Both the position numbers and the translations under genes were made by a program. From Neocallimastix sp. 'constans' (Eukaryota), in assembly GCA_050613775.1 (NCBI GenBank), contig JBODTK010000133.1, positions 372,001-436,000 on the forward strand: DNA of 64,000 bases. Reading direction: 5' to 3'. Each line of letters begins with the position of its first letter. Positions within the stretch are counted from its first letter, which is position 1. This document shows, piece by piece, positions 54,114-64,000 of the stretch. Under the pieces are notes generated by a model that saw nothing but the letters and a program-made list of their open reading frames with translations, had not been told where the DNA came from and searched no databases.

Positions 54114-57100
54114 CTGGTATACCGTGTCTCGAATACACCTTAGTTAAGAAAAATATTACATCATTTGAATCAATGGTACCAGTGGGCTCAGCTTCTACCC
54201 ACTTTGTTAAGTAGTCTACTAAGACTATAATATACTGATTTCCTTTTTCTGTTACCGGTAATGGCCCTACGATATCTAATCCTACTACAGTGAAAGGTAA
54301 GCCCGGTTTTGTGGGAATATTCTCCGTTTGAGTATTAAAAGTCTGCGGTTTAAATAACTGACATTTTTTGCATGTACTAATAAAATACTTAACATCTAAT
54401 ATCATGTTTACCCAGTAATAGTCTCTCTTCAGTCGGTTATAAGTCTTGAATACCCCTTCATGTCCAATCCTGTGTGCCTCGAGAATTAATTTAATTTTTT
54501 GTTTATCTTCTTTTATAACTTTTCTTAGAGATCCTTGATTAACAAAATATTCCTTGTTATTAACCATGATAAATTTATCATTGAATTTACTAATTAGTTT
54601 GTTGTCAATATTAATGTTCAAGTCAGACAATAAGGTTGCTACTACTTCTTCATTTTTCATTCTCATCCTGGATAACGCGTCTGCTATGACATTTTTCTTC
54701 CCTGGTTCGTAAATTATACTTACCTTTAACATAGAGAGAAGTAAAACCCATCTTGTTTGTCGAGAGTTCATTGTTTCCTTATTTTTAAAAAGTCCTATTA
54801 ATGGCTTGTGGTCGGTGAAGAGTAACGTTTCTTGTTTGTTTCCAGAAATATAAGGTTTAAATTTTTTAACACAATAAAAAGCGGCTGTTCCTTCCAAGTC
54901 AGTGATTCCATAATTTTTTTCTGCTGGCTTCAAAGAACGGCTTATAAAATGAATAGGTTTCTCATTTCCAGCATCGTCCTTTTGTAACAGTACTCCGCCT
55001 ATTCCATCAAACGAGGCGTCGGTTCGTATGATAAATTGTTTATCAAAATCGGGCATCGATAAAATAGGTGCAGTAATCAAACGGTTTTTTAATTCTTCAA
55101 AACTTTCTTTTTCTTTCTCCCCCCATGAAAACTTCACTCCTTTCTATAAAAGTTTAAAAAGAGGTTTAGCGATTGATGCGAAATTAAAAATAAACTTTCG
55201 GTAATATCCTACGGCTCCTAAGAAGGATTGTAACTGGTTAATGTTTGACGGTGGAAGCCATTCAAAAATTACCTTGTTCTTTGAAGGAATAGGAGAGACT
55301 CCATTGATTGAGACAGTGTGACCTAATAATTCGACGGATTCTTTAAAAAACTTACATTTTTCAAGATTGATTTTTAGACCGTTTTCTTTTATAATTTGAA
55401 AAACTTTATTAAGATCTGAAATATGATCTTCGAGACTGGTAGAGAATATAATCAAATCATCAATGTAAATAAACATGCATTTTCCAATTAGAGGAAGGAA
55501 TATCCTATTCATTTCGCGTTGAAAGGTTCCTGGGGCGTTGCAGAGTCCGAAAGGCATAACTTTAAATTGGTAATTCCCATACATCGTAGTGAAAGAAGTT
55601 TTTGGGATGTCTTCAAGGTTCATCGGGATTTGATGAAACCCGGAGAATAAATCAAGTGTCGTAAAAATCTTTACATTTTTCCCTATAGAAAAAAGAATAT
55701 CATCTATTAATGGCAATGAATAGGCGTCTTTTATGGTAACATTATTCAATTTCCTGAAGTCGATACACATTCTCCATTTATTATTTTTCTTTAGAACAAG
55801 AATTACAGGTGAGGACCATGGAGAACAGGAAGGCTCTATTAATTTATTTCGTAGTAATTTTATAATTTCTTTTTTAAGTGCTTGCGCTTGAATCTTTGAT
55901 AGTCTGTAACATTTTTGTTTTATTGGAGTTGTATTTTCTTTAATTTGAATAGAGTGTGGTAATAGCTTTGTTCTTCCCAATTCATCAATTTTAATAGCTA
56001 AGATTTCTATGTTGTTTTTCAATAATTTTTTAAATTTTTTCCTAATAAACGATGGGCTCTCATCTATTATTTGCATAACCAAGTTTCTTTTTTCATTAGG
56101 AATGTTTTTTGTTCCTATATTGTTTTCCTCATTATCTTGTTTGGATTCTGTATCATCATTTTTCATTTCCGTTATAGGTTCATCAATTTTAGTGTTAGTT
56201 GCTGATTTTTTATTGACTTCATTAGACGTATTAATTTTATTGATAAAACAAAATAGCATAGAATCATTGTCAAAGTTGTCTTCATTATCTTTTTCGATAC
56301 AGTTTGAATCATTTGAATCATTTGTATCATTTGATAATAATACTATTTTCTTAAAACTTTCATTTTCATTCATTTGACATAAATAATTATTGATTGGATT
56401 TATAAATAAACTATTTTCTTTTAAAGTTTTGTAGCCTATAAGTACATCAAATAAGTCTTGTTCATAATCAATTACTCTGAATATGTCTTGAATACACAAT
56501 TTTCCAATTTCAACTTTTAATAAGTAAAGTTCAGAAGAAATGCTAGTTTTTGTAGTGATTTGTATGATATTATTAGTAGTGTAACCAAAAGGTTTCAAAG
56601 TTCCTAAATTCTTTAAAAATTTTCTTGAAATTATATTAATACTTGCACACGTGTCTAGAAATGCACTACCCTTTCTACCGTTGATATAACATTCACATGT
56701 TGCAATGTCATCTTTGGATATGGCTGATAAAATGACTTCTTCCATTTTATCATCACATTGGACATTTTTTAACTTTAAAGCTTTAGTTAATTGAGAGCGT
56801 AGTTTTGGACTAATATCCAACAACTGTGCAAATGTAATGTTCGTTGTTATTGAATTTAAATCTGTATTTATATCATATTCATGTTGCGGTTCTAACATTG
56901 CTATATGTTTTTGCTTAGAATTTGGTTTACCTTTTGAGAAAGAGTCTTTTTCATTTAAGTTGGATTCATTCATTACTTTTGCTTCTTGATATATATCTTT
57001 ATTTCTTTGTTCTTTCGAGTCCCTTTTTGATTTGTTTATTGAAGGTTGAGCAATTACTGATAGATCAATTTCTTTCAATTTTTCAGTATTTTCATTTGTA

Positions 57101-57348
57101 TTAGAATCATTTTGTTTTTCTTCTATCACTATTTTATTGTTGGTTCTTTTTAAATTATTTTCTTTCCTATTTGTTGGAACTGATATTGGAATTGGATTAT
57201 CCCTTAAGGTTGTTAATTTTTGTAATTTCTCATAAGGTTGATATTTCTGCTTATCTTTTGCGTTTCTTGCGGCTACGGCTATTACGTCTAGTTTTAAATT
57301 ATTGGTTTGATTAGTGGAAGTTTTCCTTCTTCCCATTAATAGTTTAAA
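54114..57348 (-). pseudogene. pol: E7 Pol (protease-RT-RNaseH-integrase N-terminus) with a nonsense codon at 55144-55146
   Basis: FLDTCAS protease, YIDD, TDAS. The two ORFs are in the same frame, separated by TAG. Confidence 0.92.
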
Positions 57349-58189
57349 GAGTTATTTTCAGTTGTCAACTTTCCAGATTCTTCCATTTCGGCTAACTCTT
57401 TATAATTATATGGACACTGTCTAATTACATGTCCAATTTGGTTACATTAAAGCATTTTAACTCCTTTGATGGTTTCTTGAAAATTACAGAATTATTTTTA
57501 AATTTTTGATTTGCTTTACTGTTTTTACCACAATAGTTTATATTATCATTCTGTTGATGATTATTGATTCCAAATTGTTTGAATGGATGATTTTTGTTTA
57601 TAAATTTATCTAGCCTAGAACTTTGATTAGTATATACGGCTGTCATGATAGTTTCATTTCTTTTATTCCTTCTTTCTTCGGCTCTCTCAGCGAGTTCTGC
57701 TTCTTCGAATGCCTCTTCAAGATCTTCACACCTTTGCGTTATTACTTGAGCTCTTGAGTAAGGTCTGTAAGCTATGGAATCGATATAGTCGTCTACGGTT
57801 ATAAAGGTCTGATAAAGTTTACTAAGATTATTATATAGCTTTTTATACCTCCAATTAAAATTTTTAATAGACTCTCCTTTTTGAATAACCATCTTCTGAA
57901 GTCTTTTGCACTTCTCTTGAGGGGTTATTTCCATTGCGTCTTCTAACGCTTTCTTTATTTCTTGAAACGATGGGTAGACTTCATTTCCTTCTTGATCAGT
58001 AGTCACAAGCTCCTGTAAAACTCCTCTGAGTTTCCCTTCTGTGCATCCCATGGCCCAAGTATGAATACTAGAAGGACTAGTAATGTTGGCTAGTTTCATT
58101 ATTCGAATAAACTCTTCTCCCCAAGAGTCCACGTCCTTCAAGTTTTCGTCCAATCTAGGAAGTAGCTCTTCTAATTCCAAAATCTTCAT
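57336..58189 (-). pseudogene. gag: E7 Gag with a 1-bp deletion in the zinc knuckle
   Basis: Restoring one base gives CFKCNQIGHVIRQCPYNYKELAEMEE, homologous to E2 Gag, ending NSLNY*. Confidence 0.88.
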
Positions 58190-58736
58190 TTTCTACTCTT
58201 CTCTTTTCGCTTTTTTTTTTTAAAAAATTTTTTTTTTTTAAAACAATTAATTATTTTTAACTCAATATTTTATTTTTAATTATTAATTTTCATATTATTT
58301 TTGATTGAGTCCTGCATAGCTCGCCAAATGTTGCAGGATTTCGAATAATTTAAATTTTTATTTTCAAAAATAATATATTCTTAATAATTAGATTTTCTTT
58401 TTTTTTTATCTTTTATTAACTCTTAAATTTTTTATTAAGTTTTTTCTTTTTCTTTTATATTTTTTTTTTTTACTACATGAATTTTATAATTATTTTAATT
58501 CTTATTAGAATTAATTATTACATGTGATTTTAATAATATTTTTTAAAAGTTATTTTAATAATAAAAATAATAATATTAATATAATTAATATTATTTTTAA
58601 TGACAAAATATTAATAATGATAAAATTAATAAATTTAACAATAAAATTATTGATAATATTTTCGATAATATAATTCTTAAAACAATTTAATATAAATAAT
58701 AATTAAATATAATAATAAATCAATTTAATTAATATA

Positions 58737-59030
58737 AAATAATAATTATTTAATAATTAGTCATTAATCAATTTAATAAAATAATAATTATTTAATAATT
58801 AGTCATTAATCAATTTAATAAAATAATAATTATTTAATAATTAGTCATTAATCAATTTAATAAAATAATAATTATTTAATAATTAGTCATTAATCAATTT
58901 AATAAAATAATAATTATTTAATAATTAGTCATTAATCAATTTAATAAAATAATAATTATTTAATAATTAGTCATTAATCAATTTAATAAAATAATAATTA
59001 TTTAATAATTAGTTATTAATCAATTTAATT
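58737..59030. repeat. 42-bp tandem repeat, ~7 copies, in the E7 5' LTR
   Basis: Same unit as 18686-19105. Confidence 0.95.
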
Positions 59031-59140
59031 TGGTAATTTATATAATTATTTTAAATTAAAAATAAAATTATGAAATTATAAAAATAGTTTAAATTAATTA
59101 ACATATAAAGTTATTAAATTTAATTATAATTTCGAATTGT

Positions 59141-59780
59141 TGTTAAGATAATAACTGAATTTCAATTTCAATTTCAATAATTCAGTTATTTGAATTTCAA
59201 TATTAATAATTAATAATATAATAATTATTATTAAAATATTTAGGAAATAGTCTAGGCCAACTAATTGACTAAATATTATTTACATATTGAAATTAATATA
59301 TATTAAATAATGTAAACACGTGATTGTCATATTAAATTAATTTCTACATATTATATTTTAATTATTATAAATTATAATATTTAGTTATATTAGATCCTTA
59401 TATTTTATTTATATTAAATATTTATATTATTATCTTAATTTATATTATCAATATCAAAACTTTTATTAATATTATTACATATTCATATTAATAATTAATA
59501 TTTTAATAATTAATTATTTTATATAAATACATGTTTAAATCTTTTGATTAATCCTTTGTAGGATTATTGTAATTTAAATTATAGTAATAATTATATAAAA
59601 TAATAATGTAATAAAATATTATTAAAATTAAATAAAATTTATATTTTAAATAAAAACTTAATTATAAAATTTACTAATAACAATATGTTTAAATAAGAGT
59701 AAAATTAAATTATTAATTAATTACTATAATTTGGCATCTTGACCTAATCGTTAAGACCAAATTATCTAAAAACTTTAACA
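59141..59780 (+). mobile_element. Nested solo LTR, E0-related, TSD ATTGT
   Basis: ATTGT at 59136-59140 and 59781-59785; the empty site is visible in the E7 3' LTR. Confidence 0.92.
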
Positions 59781-59835
59781 ATTGTATAATTTAAATCATT
59801 AGTTTATTGTATTTTGGCTAGTTCCGTAACAAAAA

Positions 59836-60300
59836 TGATACGATATTTTACTTATGTATCTAAATTAATATTTATTTATGGGCAATGACAATAAGGAATT
59901 ATGACAAAATAATATATTCTAATATTAAATAGAAATAACACATACAATAATACAAAATAAAGTAATAAATATATCTTTTTAATGTACTCTTTATTTATTA
60001 TTAATTATTAATTATTACATCAATTATTATTATTACTTTCTTATATAAATATTATAATTAATTATCTCAAATATATATAATATCTCTTTTTAACTATACT
60101 AAAATAAAATATAAAAATAGCTATTTATGTGAATTAATTTTTCATAAGTATATACTTATAAATAAAAGAATTCTCCGTTTAATAATTATTATTATAAAAT
60201 TATATATTGTTATAAAATTATTGCTGACCAATAATAATTTAAGTATTTCTTTAACCTAAAGAATCTACCTAAATATCATATTTATAGTGGTTACGTATCA
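59836..60300 (-). mobile_element. Solo LTR D in the AAAA stack
   Basis: TGATACG...CGTATCA termini with AAAA on both sides. Confidence 0.8.
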
Positions 60301-60304
60301 AAAA

Positions 60305-60626
60305 TGTTAAGGTTTTAGAGAATTAAATAAAAATAAAGTAAGAAACACAAATTTTATTTATTTATTTATTTATTATTTTTTTATTTATTTATTTTATTAA
60401 TTTTACTTGATTTTATTTGATGATTTTTAAAAATTGGTAGCAAAATTTACAACTATTTATACTTTTTTTTCAAGGCATAAAAGTTGTTCTTGCCACTAAA
60501 TTACATTTTATTATTATTTTTCTTTTTATATATAAAAACTATTAAATTTAAATTGATTTTTATAATCAATTATATAAAATTTAATTATAACAATATAAAT
60601 AAAATACATTTATAATATTAATAAAA

Positions 60627-60664
<38 letters not shown>

Positions 60665-63600
60665 CTAAAATATTACTAATAAGAATTTATTTAATTGGCT
60701 ATAATTTTTATTACAATCTGTTAAAATATTCAAATAAAAATAAAAATACTATTCTAATATAAAGGTTTTTAATAAAATAAAATATTTTTCAATATAAAAT
60801 AAAACATTTCGATATAAAATTTTATAATAAAAGTTAAAATATAATATATAAATTTTTAATCATCAATATATAAAATATTATTAATACAAATTTTCATTAT
60901 TAATATAAAAATAAAAAAATAAGATTTATTATTAATATTGTTAATATAAGTTTTAAATATATAAAAATATTACTATTAATATAAGATTTAATATAAAAAT
61001 ATAAAGTTTAATATAATTTTTGATTTAATTTTTGATCTTTGGATTTAAAAATTTATTAAAGTACAAAAATAATAATGTACACATAATGTATTAGAAATAA
61101 ATCGTAGGTTTAATTAAGAATGCATTATTTAGTACATTCTTATCAAGATGCCCCGACGAAGACTCAAGCTTCTCTGTAAGCGGAGTTAAACTTTACTAAA
61201 TTTTTAAAGTGAACATTCCTATCGAGTTGCTTTCCAGTCTTCTGATCGATTAGGGTTGCCGTGTTGAATTGAATTTTTAAAATTTTAAATGGTCCATTGT
61301 AATATGGTTCTAGCTTAGTGCGGCTAAAGATTCTAACAAGAACAAGATCACCAGCCTTTAATTCTTTTCCTTTTTTCATACTTATTTGTTCTTCTCGTCT
61401 TGTTGCCCAATACTTGTTAGCATTCTTCACATTTTCGCATGCTTCTCTAGTCCATTGATAATGACGAACAAATTTTTCCATTAAAATTTCATCATATGAT
61501 TTACCTGCATTTTCAATTGTTCTTATGGCTATATCATAAGGCTGTTGGTCTTCTCTTCCATATACTAATTCAAAACTAGAATGTCCAGTAGCTGTATTTT
61601 TGGTAGTTCGAAGTGCCCATAAAGCAGAAGGTAAAACTTCATCCCAATCTTGATTTTTCCTTCCTAATAAACGGAGTAATTTTCCAATTTCTTTATTTCG
61701 ATTTTCAGTAAGGCCATTTGATTCAGGGTGGTAAGTAGCTACAAATTTAACATATACATCATAAAGATCAAGAAAGATTTTAGTCATGTCAGAAGTGAAT
61801 TGGACTCCATTATCAGTAGTAATAACTTGAGGTACACCATGTCTTGCAAAAACGTTTATTAAAAATTTAATTATATCAGAAGAAGTTATGTTTTCAGTGG
61901 GTTCGGCTTCAACACATTTGGTAAAGTAATCAACAGTTACTATAATATATTGATTATTATTTCTTGTTTTTGGTAACTGTCCTATAATATCTAATCCTAA
62001 ATGCACAAAGGGACTCTCCACTTTAGTTGGATGGTTTTCGGTTGGTTCTGGATATGGTTGAGGACGATTTAACTGGCATTTTTCACAATTACTAACAATT
62101 CTTTTGATATCTTTAATCATATGATTCCAATAAAAGTTTTTTTTAAGTCTTTGATATGTTTTGTAATATCCTTCGTGGCCAATATTATGAGCTTCTAAAA
62201 TTAATTTAAACCTTTTATTTTCGTCCGTTATTAATTTTCTATAATTTCCATTGTCGATAAAGTAATCTTCACCATCAATAACAGTAAACTTTTCATTAAT
62301 AAATTCCTTTATAACTTTAGATAATAATTCTTCATTATTTCCATTAGTAATTTTTGTTAATAATATCTTTCTCTCTTCCTTACTTTTCATTCTTGAAAGA
62401 GCATCAGCTAACACATTCTTTTTGCCTGATTCATATTTTATATTAATTCCAAGCATACTAGCGGTTAAACACCATCTTGTTTGCCTTGCATTCAAAGGTT
62501 CTTTATTCTTAAATAAACCAACTAATGGTTTATGATCTGTGTAAATAGTTGTAGGTAATGGATTTCCTTCAATATAAGATTTAAATTTAGTCATACAGTA
62601 AAACAAAGCGGTTCATTCTAAATCGGTAATACCATAATTCTTTTCAGCTTTCTTTAAACTTCTACTTATAAAGTGTATTGGATGCTCCTTACCGGTTTCT
62701 TCTTCTTTTTGTAAAAGAACTCCACCAATTCCATTATACGAAGCATCAGTTCTAATGATAAAAGGTTTGTCAAATGACGGAAATTTTAGAATAGGTGCAT
62801 TGATTAATTTTTCTTTTAGGAGTTCAAAGCTTTCTTGTTGTTCTTTATTCCATTCATATTTGGTATTCTTTTTCAATAATTTACATAAAGGTGAGGTAAT
62901 TTGAGTATATTTAGGAATAAAATCACGATAATATCCTACTGCTCCTAAAAATGATCTTAATTCATGAAGTGATGAAGGGGCTTCCCACTTCTTAATAGCT
63001 GTTATCTTACTTTCCATGGGACTTAATCCTTTAGTAGTAAGTTTGTGACCTAATACATCAACTTCAGTTTGAAGAAAATGACACTTTTCAATATTAATTT
63101 TTAACTTGTTTTCTTTAAATACTTCTAATACTTGTTTAATATGAATTAAATGTTCTTCGATACTTTTTGAATAGATCAAAACATCATCAATAAATACATA
63201 AACAAATTCACCAATAAAAGGGAATAAAATTTTATTCATTTCTCTTTGGAAGGTTGAGGGAGCTCCAGTAAGTCCAAAAGGCATAACCTTAAATTGATAA
63301 TTTCCAAACTTAGTAGTGAAAGTGGTTACTTCAACGCTTTCTTCATCCATTAAGATTTGGTGAAAACCAGAAAATAAATCAAGAGTTGTAAATATTTTAG
63401 CTCCTCCGAGACTATCAAAAATTTCATCTATATATGGAACTGAATAAGAATCTTTTTCTGTCATATCATTGACTTTTCGGTAGTCAATGCACAAGCGCCA
63501 CTTTCCATTGTGTTTTAGAATAAGTACTACTGGAGATGACCATTCTGAACAGGATGGTTCTATCAATCCTTTCTTAATAAGTTTTGTAAGTTCTTCTTTT

Positions 63601-64000
63601 AAGATATCTGATTTTAATTTAGTTAACCTATAACTTCTTAATTTTACTGGCTTTGAATTTGCTTTTAAACGGATCTTATGTGGTGAAAGTTTAGAAGGAG
63701 TTAGTTCTTCTGTTGAAGTGGCAACTATGTCAATCATTTCTTTGAGAATTTTAATAATTTGTTCTTTATAATCTTTATTTAAGGTACTTAAAAATTCATC
63801 ACTCTCAATAAATTCCATTGGAGTTAATTCCTTTATAATTTCCTTTTCATTATTCGTTTCTTCAACTTTTCTAATAGTGCAGATTATACTTTCTTCATCA
63901 TAATATTGATTATTTATTTTAGCTATTTCTTCGTATTCACTTTCTGACAAAAGTTTACATAGACTGTTTAAGGTTGGATGAATAAATAAACAATGATCGA
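60305..64000 (-). mobile_element. E8: E6-family element running off the window
   Basis: 3' LTR 60305-61145 is the reverse complement of the E6 LTR; PPT follows; pol is nearly identical to E6. Confidence 0.95.
61164..64000 (-). pseudogene. pol: E8 Pol (RT-RNaseH-integrase) with a GGA>TGA stop at 62613-62615
   Basis: Two same-frame ORFs; E6 has LEGTAL at this position. Confidence 0.92.

Larger units (their letters stand above)
18287..59831 (-). mobile_element. E7: gypsy element split by ~35 kb of nested insertions
   Basis: 3' LTR 18287-19261, 5' LTR 58329-59831, AAAA flanks, PBS TGGCGAGCTATGCAGGACTC at 58307-58326, PPT AAAAAGGGGGCG. The integrase reads through (HGIP-EILITDNGPQF-RSDKTKAFLDLYG) when inserts are removed. 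Confidence 0.93.

Overview
Very AT-rich eukaryotic DNA (composition suggests an anaerobic gut fungus, Neocallimastigomycota; inference only) made up entirely of Ty3/gypsy LTR retrotransposons. No host gene is visible. I resolved 8 internal-domain elements (E1-E8), the tail of a ninth (E0) and 13 solo LTRs, most with target-site duplications (TSDs). They are ordered in two stacks. (1) An outer head-to-tail stack of 9 insertions separated only by AAAA/AAAAA (CA-AAAA-TG junctions), minus-strand wherever orientation can be read. (2) Inside E7 sits a deleted, self-priming chromovirus (E3) whose LTR carries a tRNA-like Pol III unit (A box, B box, TTTT). (3) Six plus-strand insertions are stacked at a single site 12-16 nt upstream of that unit, and their TSDs give the insertion order. 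Three RNA-level signals stand out: a covarying -1 frameshift heptamer plus pseudoknot at the gag/pol junctions, a ~190-230 nt covarying structured RNA shared by the leaders of two unrelated elements (E3, E6), and repeated TCGA stem-loops upstream of gag. E5 looks fully intact.
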